Assembly: GCA_043228905.1 (NCBI GenBank)
Contig: JBHGNT010000017.1
Location: 9,300,001-9,364,000 of the forward strand
Reading direction: 5' to 3'
DNA from: Azolla caroliniana
Lineage: Eukaryota; Plantae; Polypodiophyta
DNA length: 64,000 nucleotides
The notes under the pieces are model-generated. The model saw nothing but the letters and a program-made list of their open reading frames with translations, was not told where the DNA came from and did not search any database. Position 1 is the stretch's first letter; each line of letters starts with the position of its first letter. The translations under genes were made by a program, and so were the position numbers. Below are positions 11,501 to 24,200 of the stretch, piece after piece.

Positions 11501-12916
11501 CTCTTGAGTACTTAATGGTTGTAAAAGACAACGTAAAAGATTTCCAGAAACCCTATTCTGAACCCTAGACCATATAATGTCCCTCTTAACCATATCAGCC
11601 TCAAAAAATGGTCTAGCTTTTAACAAAGCTTCATAATAATCAGAGGCTATTTGTCGCATCTGGCTAGGATCCGTGGTATAAGAGCCATCAGGACATCTTA
11701 ATCTAGATATCCTAGCTGATGACTTATGATGATTATGCACTGCAAAGAACAACTTGTTGACTTTATCTCCCAATTCTGCCCATGTGGATGATGTATTGTG
11801 ATAGTTAAAATCAACAGAAATCTTTTGTAAGTCCAATATTTGATTCCCTACTTGAACCACTCGAGCACTTATATAACTCGAATGTGGTCTTCTCTCTTGC
11901 AAATGTTGCAGGGATTTCAATCCCCTACGCAGCCTACCTATTTTAGTTAAAGATGCATAAAATACTTGTTTAGCCTTCCTGTAAAAAAATTGTTGTGTTT
12001 CACTAATAGCCTTGTGAACACTAGATAATGCATAATCATAGGAGTAGTCATACTTATTCCAAATATTATGCACCGTAGGGGAACAATCTGGGCTAAGAAA
12101 CACATGATTCGGAATTCTAAACCTTGAGTTCTTATACTGCTCCTGTAAGACTATAACTAACCGAAGTGGTGCATGATCAGAAAAGGAAAATGAAGGTATG
12201 ATTCCAATGGAACCTCCTTTGTCCCACAAAAACTTATCAGCATAAAATCTATCTAACCTAGACAAATTTGCATGTGATTGTCTTCTATCTGATCTTGAAT
12301 ACTCTAAGGAATCTTGTATCCTTGTAAAAGAAGACACATGCCACAAGTCCAATAAACCTAAAGAAAAGATTAAACGTTCCCATTCATATAGTTCTAAACC
12401 AGATATTGTTTGTGATGTGCCTCCTAACCTATCACACCCATCCTCCAACATATTAAAATCACCTGCCAATGCCCAATGGTCAACAACTGGTAATTGTGCC
12501 ATTAGGCTCTTCCAAAGTATCGTTCTATCTTTCGTATGATTCGGTGCATATATATTCAACAAACCCCATTTTTTCAAACCAATTTGTAAAATTACATATT
12601 GACCTCTACCACAAGTCAAAACTCCGTAATGTAAGAAAGCAGAGCACCAAAAGTCATTTATTGCAATGCCAAGTCCCGCCTTCCGATTATTATCCCCAGT
12701 TGCAAGCACCCAAAATTGTCTCCACTGGCCTAGCAACAAATTTCCATATTTTTGTATCCTTTGTTCATTTAAATGATGCTCTTGAATAAGAAGAACATCA
12801 ATTCTACCTATGACAGACTTTCTTAACTGACGACGGAAAACACTCCTTATTTTAAGGTAATGTTGGCCTCCCAAGCCCCGTACATTCCATGAAATAATAT
12901 TTAATCTATCCATCAT
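8549..12916 (-). pseudogene. L1 ORF2: APE endonuclease + reverse transcriptase + zf-RVT, one in-frame stop
   Basis: SWNVRGL, IQEHHL, AGDFN, SRLDRF, SDHAPL; WRPITLLNVIYKI, LDFEKAYDRV, RQGCPLAP, FADD; C-x2-C..ETLHHAFWEC. Single TAG at 11285-11287. Confidence 0.92.
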
Positions 12917-14345
12917 TCATGTTTTGCACTCCTACTCTACTTTCAGCCAGTGCAACGTCTCTACCCTTCCTTCCATCTTCGGAGGCCCGTAATTGTCTCC
13001 TATTTGACCAAATGTCTTTCCCAGTCACCTTATGTGCACACACAGGCATGTGTTTATCTATGTTAGAAACCCTATCAGATGACTTATCAACTATAGTAAA
13101 AGCAACTATATTACCACCCTTCATCTCAGCATGTGTGAGGTCAACCTTGAGCACTTCATTTTCCTTTTTAAACTCTTCGAAAGCAACGGATGTATCAATT
13201 TGTTGTACTTGGTCTAAAAATATTTGTTTATCGTTACTAAATTGATTATTAACCTTAAAAACAGATTCCACATCTTGTACCTTCGGAAATGTGTCTTTCG
13301 AATTATGTTGCTCGTTCGTGAAAACTGGGATGGAAAAACCGCCCTCCACTTTACTAGTCCCCACCTCCTTTTCCGTTTCCTGCAAGGAATGATAAGGATT
13401 AGCTTCAAGTAATAACACTGGCTTAACCAACTTACTAATCGGTTTAAAAACATGTTTAGCAGCAACTGTAGACCAACCCTCATTATTAACATTCGGTTGA
13501 CTTGGTGCACGTGCTTCATCCTTCGGCCGGCGCTTTTGATAATCTCGACCTAAATGACCAAATTGTCGACACACAAAACATTGATTAGGTAAACCTTGAT
13601 AATATATCTTTTGCACAACCGGTGATTTATTCATAAGTAAGTTAGGTAATGTAATAGTTGACGGCAACCGAACAGATCTTGGTGCAATCAACCGAACAGC
13701 GGGTACCCCACCCACCTGTCCCTCGCGCATACCAATGACCTTACCTAACAATGTCCCAATACGAGGAAGAACATTCCTCCATTCCTTCCTTAATCCGGGG
13801 AATACCGCCGTAAACACCATACTAGACTCTTGATCCTGTAATATGTCATCTACATTAACATTATGAGACCATTTATGAAAAGATATCCATGCACCTTCCA
13901 CGCCCGCCTCCTTAATTGCTAGTAGCTTCGTGACGGCCTCCTCGCTTGCAAATTCCACATGGTAACATCCCCGAGACATAAATTGAATATCGATTATCTT
14001 ATCCGCTTCCTCCGAGAAAGCCGCGTACAAAGTATGTCGAAGTTCCGATCGATTTAATCTCAAACCCTGTACCTACACCACCAAGGAGTAAACTTCCAAC
14101 CTTTGTACCTCGCCCAAAACCACAGCTCGATCCTCCTCCGATAACAACAGGTCGACTGTCTCATCACTGAAATGAGGCGAAAATTGGGGGGGTGCACTGG
14201 ACTCCCTTGCTCGCGTATGCAGTCCAGCTGCAGATGAAGTAAGCGGTTGGCCCGCAGTCGACCTCCTGCGCGCGTCGGGATCACCTGTTTCTGAGGTCGC
14301 GCTGCTCGCGTCATACGCGACCTGTGGTTTTCCTGTCTACTGCAT
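12906..14345 (-). pseudogene. L1 ORF1 (DUF4283/RRM-like + zinc knuckle), two in-frame stops
   Basis: ATG at 14345 is in frame with ORF 12906-14063. TAG stops at codon 3 and ~14073. YQGLPNQCFVCRQFGHLGRD knuckle. Overlaps the ORF2 start by 11 nt. Confidence 0.8.
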
Positions 14346-17300
14346 CTCCTCTCAAAAAAAACCTTTTTCTAGCATATTGGTTGTCGTTGGAGCACTGAAA
14401 CCATTCAGCTTATTTCGGAGATCTACCACTTGTTGCTAAGAATCCTCAACAACAACCTTGTTCACTGATCTTGATCCTTGAGCTGTTGATCTTCGACTTC
14501 TACATTTATCTCCACTTCTACTTCTACATTCAACTCTAGTTTTGCTTCTTTTGTGATAACATCCATTCGCATTTTAGCCGCATGATCTATAAATGGTAAT
14601 GACACACATAAGAATGTCATTTGCCTTTCTATGATCATTCTTATTCCTCGAAAATGCTTACATTTACTTGCAAGGTCTCGGCAATCGCAATAAGAGCATT
14701 GGAGCAAGACATTGTACCATAGAGTTAAAGTGGTCACGGTCAATATTTTAAACCAATATTTGGCCTCACCCACAAATTGGATATCACATACCTTTCTAGT
14801 ATCCTCTCAGCCTCTTTAAGTCTCGACCTTTGATTCTTACAATTTGCATGGGTTGGAATCTACCACTCTCATATATATCTTGCCTTTGCATGTACCATTC
14901 TATTACAGTTCCTCTAATGCAAGTGTCAGACACACTATCTCCAATTAAAGCATGCAGTAGATCAGTAATAAACTGCTTAATTCTTTCTCTCAAGGAAATG
15001 TTTAAGATAAATTGCCAATGTCTCTCCACTTGTTGGTAGTGTCAACATGTCCATGGTTAAATAATCTTCCAAATTTGGGCCATAGATTCCGCCGAATATA
15101 AGTCTTTCCTCACCATTCTCCTTTTATATACTCACAACTTTGGGTTTGTTTGACTGTTATTGCATTACTTCTTCACACATAGCATTGAGGGTGCATTCCA
15201 TTATGCAACCCATGAGTTGGCACATCCGTTGGTAAAGGTGGTGTCTTTCAGTAGCACTCACTTTGGGCAACAAGTTAGCAACCCATGATTTTTTAGCATG
15301 GAACTAACACAGTAAACTATGGCAATGTATGTGTGATCTTTCGCCATTTGCAACAATCCAACATTGATGGTCTCAAGTAGTAACATTAGATATAGAATTA
15401 TATTCTTTCCAAGATTTATCATTGACTATGACATTTGGGCTTACACTTGGCATTCTTGCAAATATAACTTTCAAGCAAGTTTCCAATGTTATTTGCTCAT
15501 GATTTGAGCACCGATCATAGTAGGATCCGGATTCCCATATTGTTTGGTGCAACTGTTGCATATAATGGCAACTTGGATTGATTCGTTTTGAATGTGAAGT
15601 CAATTGCCCCACTCACACATTTCCAACATCCATTGATCTTGTAGTATCAAAATAAATGGTTATAGGGTTGGAAATCCATTTTGGCCTGGAAGGTATGATT
15701 GGACATGTGCCACTTTCCCTTCCTCTTCAAGGGCATAGATATATTGCGCCATCAAAGAACAATTATCGTCCAACAATGCACTTCTTATTTTTAGCTTATT
15801 AGCCATATTATGCACCTCTATTGGTAATAAAAGAAACAAGTTCTAATGGACTAACCTTAGACATGTGAAATGATTCTTTTTGCATGCTCATCTTGGCAAC
15901 ATGCCTTACACACTCAACATCAAATAAGTGATCTTTGCAACAACTTATTACATTAGGATGGGCCAACAAATGTTACACGTCACGTCTTGTTCCTAGGACA
16001 AGACCACTATGACAACCGTATACATAAATGTTCGCAATCCCATGTTTAATCCCTTCATTCAATCTTAAGCTCTCATGAAATTTACATCCACAATGCTTTG
16101 AACCCTTCTGACTTTATGTGCGCCTGATCAATTGTCAAGGCACATCTACACAATGGCAATCATATTTGGCCACATGTTTGCCTACCCCTTTCCGCAAGCA
16201 TGTATTATACTTGATTTGAGCCTCAACTAGAGTATCATATATTAGACTTGTGCCCAACATGTCATTTGGTGTAGCCTTTTGTATTAACTAGCATTGGTCA
16301 ATTAGTGCTTTTACGTATGCACTAGATATTCCATAATCATGAAGATCCATGGCCCAATGCTTCTTTAACTCTGTAAGAGTTTATGTTAGTAGGTGATGGG
16401 TTGTCCCCCCATGTGAGTGTAATACTATCTATCTCCATTGATCTACAGATGATACTCTTAGATTAGGCAATGTCTTAAGTAAATTGTACTCTTCATTTTT
16501 TAGCATGAGTTGACTCTTCAAGTGCCTCCATGCATTAAAATTCACAAGCATACCCTTTGCAACATCTTTTAAAGATTCAACTGTGACCTTAAATATTCCT
16601 AATAAATCTTTAACCAATAGTTCATATGTACCTTGATTGAAGTCAAAAAATCTTGGGGAGCAAAACATTGAGGGATCCATGTTGTTCTTAGTTTCGTCAG
16701 ACTACGACTCGTTGTCATCCTCAGATGTCATTGAAGTTCCTAAATGTGATGAGGTTTCCTTTATTTCGGATTCCAACTCAAATATAAAATCTTCCACTTC
16801 AAATAAGTTATCACAGATGTCTAACATGATAGCAATATGAAAATTGTAGCTATGAATGTAGAAATAAGAGCAATATGAAAATGATATTAGTCAACATGAA
16901 ATATTCCATAATATGAAATGGTAGTTGTGGATGTTAAAATGATAGCATTGGAATTTGCCAATGTGCTGCAAAAATGACGTTGATGGAAGGTGGTTGTTTC
17001 TAATTGTTGAAAACTAATAATTACATGTTATTGGTGTGGAACGTAAATTTGGCTAGGTTAGTTGCAAACATTATCTTTGATATCTTTTCTAAATTACAAT
17101 GGTGCTCCTAACATAAGAATGTGAAAATGAAGAGCACATTTGATATTTTTAACATAAAACCAAGGGGTGTCTGAAATTCAAGTCCGTCACAAGGGACGGG
17201 CAAGTTTTAATTAGGTACTACATATATAGAAAAGGACCTACTGCATATATAAAATTATTGTGTGCTTTTAATGTCCCAACACCAATTGGACTTGGTGACC

Positions 17301-18287
17301 GGTGAACCATTAATACACCTAGTTTCCATGGAAAACTGACAAGAAGTTAAAACACTTGCAAGCGAGAGCTTGTAGATGGGAATTAGATGTGTATAGATAT
17401 ATTATACAATTGCCTATTGAATTTCAATCATCCAAGAGCAATAATTGGACATGGAGTTCAGCTATGCCTAATAACCATGTTGTGAAACATTGTTTAGTAT
17501 TGTTCCCTTCGCTATAGAGATTAAATATATTTCAAATCATGGCCCTCTATACTTCAGGCTGGATACTAATCAAGCTTTATGTAACCTAAACAAGCCCATT
17601 TTCGAAACCTGTCGAGGATTGTAGGGCAGAGCTTGATACTTGCTTGTTTGGTTGATGTTTTCTCTCTCTAACCCCTAGATAGAAATCTTATGTTGAGGAA
17701 GTAACCCCTGTTAATTGTCATATTCTTAATCAGCAGATTAGACCAGATTGATTATTAAATTATACTCGATAACAAAACATGAATCCAGTAATCATTGAGA
17801 TTACAAAAATATGCTTTCTAATGTTTTATAGGTATAACCTTTCGGAATAATCTCATGCATAGATGTGGATATGCATGTTGGATTGCCATTAATACATTAC
17901 AAGTTATCAGATATTTTAAATTTCTCCCTGTAACAATGGCCACCACACAATAACATTCATTGGCCCAATATGAGAAAAATTCAAAACATTTGTAACTAGC
18001 AGCTTACATTTATTCTGAACCAAAAAACAAAATAAGAACTTGGGTTGTGTATGTACTTAATAAGTCGGGAAACGTGGAAGAATATCCATGAAACTCAGAA
18101 TGGCATGACATGTAAAGACCTTTTATTTACTTCGTGTTCCAGATTACCTTTTTATTACACCATTCTTGAGAAGAACATTGTACAAGTAAATCATAGGCAT
18201 TTGATTCCTTCCATCTTACACTCCATCAGAATGACACTTTATCACAAGGTATGACAGTTAGTGATATAAGCAAGTGTGATGCGAGGT

Positions 18288-21200
18288 TCAAAGGCACACA
18301 TGAGAGGGTATCATCTTTCCAGGATTCATTATGTTATTTGGATCAAGAGCATGCTTGATATTTTTCATCGCCTTCAATGTATTGTAGCCATGTTCTTTTT
18401 CCATGTACTGCAAAAAATATTATCCCATATGTTAATTCCCGTGTGTCAAAACTAATTCCTCTAGTTGGAAAACTATCACCTTGAGCTTTCCAGTTCCAAC
18501 GCCATGCTCTCCGGTACTAGTACCTGAAATTTAAACCAGTTTTCTAGTAAAAATACTGTATTATAAAAGACTATCCTTTGCAAATGAAAATTTGCATTAT
18601 AAAAAACTATCCTTAAACAATGCAGCTGGCAATGTTGTATTCAGAAAAAAGGACATCCTTAACATCCTCAGGAGTTTAACTACCAAGTGTAGACCTATAT
18701 ATTCACAGTGGTGTTTTATCACCTATCCCCAGAGAAATTGCATTATTTATAGATGAGATTAGGTTTCATCTTCAGATGCAATTAAATAATACTGCCATGT
18801 GGACCTTTCAAACAAAAGAATGCAAGTTGCCCATGTATCAAAAGCTCAATTATTTTCATTTTGATTCTGATAGGTCTGAATCCATTGGCCCTATCTTGAC
18901 ATTCACAAATGAATAAACTTTGAGACAACTCGAGAAGTGCTACTGATGTTGTCAATCACCACAATCCCATGAATGTGAACCTAGACAGGTCCATCAGCAG
19001 CAACACCAACAGTTCAGTAAGTCCAACACAAGGGAGAGGAGATACAATGCTTGATCACTAGTCAATACTGATTCCAGTATTGACCTTTTTACACATGGCA
19101 AGAAATACATTAGATCAGTTACACTTTGAAAAGGCACAAAATCATGACAGATTAGTACAGTAGGTGACCATTTTTCCCATGCCCACCCACAAATGGGTTG
19201 TTGGACCGTGGCTAGTACAATTGGAGTAAAACAAGCTTTTGCATAGCGATATTTTGAGGTTTGGGTATACAGCTATAACCTTACAAATCTACGCCTATCC
19301 AAAGGAATAAAAGATATCAAATGGTTTAAAATCATTTTGTTCAAACATATTATTTTCACCAGGGATTCATAGAGTGCATATATTCCCTGTCGCACTTTTC
19401 TGATTGGAGACGCCAAGGGTTTCTAGCTGCAGCAAGGGCTGAGAGACGGGTACAATGTCAAGGGCTTTTCAGAAATCCACAAAACAGTAAAAAATCCCTT
19501 TTTTATGGGTCTACTTGCTTTGATAAGGGCTCAGCAGATTAATATATGATGGAAACTGTGAACCCCATTCGAAAGCAAAGCCTGTTCAGCTCAACAACCA
19601 TTCCTCTTTGACCATACACTCAATTATGACTCTAGGATCGAGCCATATAGTTAAGCCAAATAATGGACCGCCATGATTGTCCTAAAATTGCTTGGCATCA
19701 CGGGGCTTGAGCCATGTGGCTGGGAGAAAGTGGCTACCCGGGGATATCATAGTACATTGCATATTGATGCCCCACCTGAGATGCGATCAGTTGTGTAATA
19801 GGTTGCCTCTCATTAAATATTTCCCATGCTATTCTACTTTCTTGTCCTAGGAGCAGGCAATATACATATATTTTGAATTTAGCCAAATATAATCTCTTCT
19901 TCTTCCTTTGGAAGGCTGCTCTTGCTTGTTTATGAGTACAAATCCTGTGAGTAGCATCTCCTTGTATCATGATAGTCCTCATCATCCCAACTATTGTGGG
20001 TGAGTCTACCAAGTTTGGATGTGTTCGCCAATCCTTGTCGACTTCCTTTAGCGGTGCAAAAGGATCCAAATCTAGCATTCTATACTCCACAACTATACAC
20101 ATAAACGTCAACATGTCAAAGCCGCCAATCTGGGTCATTGTGACAAACCATTATATATCACAAATCCATGTGCACTTCCCAAGGCTAGAAATTTGTTGCC
20201 ATAATCTGTTACTTTGCTCATACTTGAGCTTGCTGCTTTAGGCCAACTTCTTATGCCATAACTTCTCCATACATGGCCTCCCTTGTGTGAAAAAGTTAGT
20301 TTTCCATCATAACTTCATGCACTGAAGTCTCTTACAGTACTAAATCCCCAAATACTAGCAAACCTTATGATATCATATAATGATAGATATGGTAATACAC
20401 TCAGAGGTTCAAACCCACAGTAGGCAGGTGGAAAGTAGCAAATTGCAATATATAGCAAGGAACCTCTTGCAACAGCAAGAAAATTGTGAGCAATTGACCA
20501 TCCTCCGAAAGTCAAGCTGAAAAGTCAGTGTCAGTGCAGTATAACATGGTGTAAGAAGAAGGTGACTGATATACTTTGTAACATATTTGAGCCTCCAACT
20601 AGTGGAGTTATCACAGAGTTTAGGGACATAATTCAACCAGATGCAATGCACAGATTATAAAAGTATAGTATAGCTGGTATGCATGGCCCGTGCACAAGAG
20701 CCACGGCAGCCAAGTCATCAAAAGAAATACTTCATCACCAAAGAACAGGCCATTTCTAAATTTCTAGCAGTTTGTATAGAGCTTGCCAATTTATCAAAAC
20801 ACTGAACATTCACTATTTATAACGACTCTTACCATCCATTGACAACGCTGTGTATACCATGAATTCACTCAGACGAACAGCTTCTTTTGCTTGTTCCTGA
20901 TTGGAAGGGTCAAACATGATTACTGTATGGAAATTACCATCCCCTGCATGGGAAACAATTCCACTGTATAGAAAATTGTTAAAACATACACTTCAAAATA
21001 GTTTTCCAGCTAGCTTAGTGGTAGAAAAGATGTCTCCATTACCAAGTGAGTGGTGATGCATCAAGCTCATCTTTAGACTTTGTAATGCAATCTGCAAGCC
21101 TGGATAGTGGAACACAAACATCCTGCAAGCACCCACTTGAGTTCACAAACAGGTTTTGTAATTTTTCTTCACCATCTTTAGATTAGCATGTCAATTCAAT

Positions 21201-24200
21201 TCCTAACCTTGTGTCAATATAGAAATTAGAAATTTCTCAGCTGACCATAGTGGCAACAATTATTTATGGAGATGGACACTTGCCAATTTAATTGTAACTT
21301 TTAGAATATTTTACAAAATACTCGCTACGAGTTTCTTATCAACATAGACATTAGATCCCATCAAAGCCATGTTTCATTCGAGCATTAACCAATGACTTTC
21401 TTACTGTAGTCATTGCTTCAGCATTTGGTACCGCCGCATAACATGCCCACAATGCCTCCTTCCTCATCTATACATGGAACAGTTGAATTACTCATAAACT
21501 CGCATGGTATCAATCACATGATAAAAGTAAAAAAAGTATGGAGTTTAATTAAGAGTATACCCTCCATAATTGTTCCTTTTCTTCAGGTGTCTCATAATAC
21601 TTAAATCCCGCACCATGGTGCTCTTCTGCTATTTTCTGCACTCTCAGAGTTTGCTCTAGAGCATATGCATCTGCGAATCACATTTGAATCAATTAGACAA
21701 ATGATTAAATATTATACTTTTATAAGACTAGAATACAATGGACTCACTGATCTCTGTGCAAGCGTATGGGAAAAGCAAAGAAAGATTATATTGGGCATAT
21801 CTAAGCAACTCCGTAGACTGACATTTCAATACCAATTTCTGATACATATGTTTAATACTGATTTCCTCCAAGAATTCGAAACATTAAGTTTTCCTAATGA
21901 TTATAAGATCATGCAAACAATGTTAAGGAAATCCTTGCCAAAACGACCCAAAGAGAGGTAACGTATCTAATGTATCAGGGAGTGCAATCAACAAGACATG
22001 AACATGATGAACCATGTTGTCTTTATATCCCACTATGCGTCTTTATATCCCACTATGCCCCAAGTCAAAGTAATATGTATCATGAACCTCTAACTGAAGA
22101 AATAACGACATATAACCTTATAAAAGGTCAATTTGTACATGTGAAATTATGGCCAATTGATTCAGTTCAAGTATCAACTGATATGATCCAATGGTTGGAG
22201 CCTTGAGTCTATCGAATTAAGGTCTAGATCAAAGTTGGAATATGTGTTTTCAAGTTTCTACAAAGCTTGTTTTCAATCACAGTTAGAATATCTGTTTTCA
22301 AGTTTCTACAAAGCTTGTTTTCAAGTTGGAATATGTGTACAAGTTGCAATGTGTGATAAGGAAGCTGCAAACTTCTTCGCATCAGTTAGAGATTGAGGTA
22401 GGCAGATGTACACAAATACCTCTTGAAGAAATAATTTGTGTCAATGGAGTGAAATCTGAAGAAGAACATTTGTCATTGTACTGTTTTTATGAAATAAGAT
22501 GGAGAAACCATTGTCTCTAAGCAACACTTTGGCCCATTATGCAAGGTAACGGAATATGAGGACCAACAGTACTTGGGACTTTTCTTGCTAGAATTGAGAG
22601 ACACAAGGAAAAATTGTTGAAGGACAACAATACAAGCACACATGCTAATCAACAAAGTGCAAATATAGCTTTTGTTTAGCTCCATTACTCCTGCAAGTCA
22701 ATCAAGGGCTACACAAATGGGCTCCCGACTAGGATGTTGACAAGGGGTTACAATAGATCAGGCAATAGCAATTTCTTGATCATGTAGTCCTCGGGCTCGT
22801 GGACCACGATCTTATCACCCTTGTCATCAACAAATAAAGGCCATTATCTCCCACCATCACAAGTGCCTTGCTCGCTTCAGAGACCTCTCCATTCTGGATT
22901 GGCCTACGCTAGAGATTTTTTGAAGACAAAAATTAGAAGATATATGATTCGAGAAACTTACATGTATAGATAAGATACTTTCGTCACATCGTCATTTATT
23001 TCATTTAAGGTACATTTATTTATTTTGGTTATTGTTTCTTAAAGCCAAGACAACATTTTAAGATGCAATTTCTTGTTTGATCTTACAGGCCATTTTGATT
23101 GGTATTCATAGATAAGGTTGCATATTATGATAGTTCATCTTCAGTTTATGATTTAGAAGTTGGATTTGTGAAATATAATTTTCCATTCAACTCACACATT
23201 ACCTAAAATTACATAATCAGGGAAACAGGTCATCGGGGAACTCATTTTTCTTGATTAGTATTCGTAGATAATTGTGCATACTATGATAGCTCATTTAAAT
23301 GTATGATTTATAAGTTGGATTTGTGAAATATAAATCTCCATTCAACTCATTAATTACCTGTGCCAACAAACTCAAACATTAAGATTGGTGTTTCCTTCAT
23401 ACTTCCACCATTAGCAATATTTAAAATCTTTACCATGACTTCATCCAGAAGTTCTACCCGACTAACCTACAGCCATCCCATCAAAAAGTGGATTATGCAT
23501 AATAGAATAAGTGAAGCAGGACGTAAGTCCAAAAAACTCTTGCCTGAATGCCACAGTGCATTGTAGCAATGGCCACATCAGCTGCATCTTTGATTGAAGG
23601 GAAGTTGCAGATTGCTACCTGAAGAACCCAATCTCAATAAGAAAGAAAAAACTTTTTAATTTCGCAATATGAAAAAACTTGGCTAAGGATAGTTCTCATA
23701 GTAAATGCATACAACAGATGCTTCTGGGATCTTTTGAAGTTTTAATGTCACTTCAGTTATAATCCCTAGTGTGCCTTCACTTCCAATCATCAATCTTGTC
23801 ATATCATATCTTCAAAAAAGAAAAATAGGACATAGATAACAATATTAGAATTAGTTCAGCATTCTTTTTAGCATACAAAGAAATAGCAGAAGAAAGAAAG
23901 ATTTTAGCTTTTGTTACAGAAGCAAATTATCCAAACTAAATGCTAAAGAAAAAAGATATTACTTATATGTACAAATTGTTACGTACATCCATAACATTCT
24001 CCACAATCATTTCAAAGAGAAAGAAGAAGAATCTTAAAGTTTCACTCCTACAATGCTGAAGAGTTTAGGGTATCAAGGAGAAATAGTTGGAAGAAATGAG
24101 ATGAAATAAAATGAATGGCTCCAAAAAGCCTAAGTGACACATGAGTCAATGAATTACATCCACATGAATCTTATAGAAGAATAGTAAATAAAGCTAAGAC

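Larger units (their letters stand above)
8487..14366 (-). mobile_element. Full-length L1-clade LINE with 11-bp TSD TTCTAGCATAT
   Basis: TSD at 8476-8486 and 14367-14377. ORF1 and ORF2 are both present. Confidence 0.92.
6908..16840 (-). mobile_element. Degenerate Mutator-like (MULE/SWIM) element, split by the L1 insertion
   Basis: Fragments match the MULE at 31.7-32.8 kb (HEQITLETCLKVIFARMPSV, HVDTT..VERHWQF, TDLLHALIGDS) and include a SWIM finger CDCRD..CKH. The reading frame (..TTNMLEEDMRKWDD..) continues across the L1 TSD. Outer limits are approximate. Confidence 0.7.

Noticed and set aside
2511-14345. In-frame stops repaired by U-to-C RNA editing or an alternative genetic code
   Set aside because: Such editing is organellar. 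The stops fit C->T/G->A deamination of methylated TE DNA, and frameshifts also occur.
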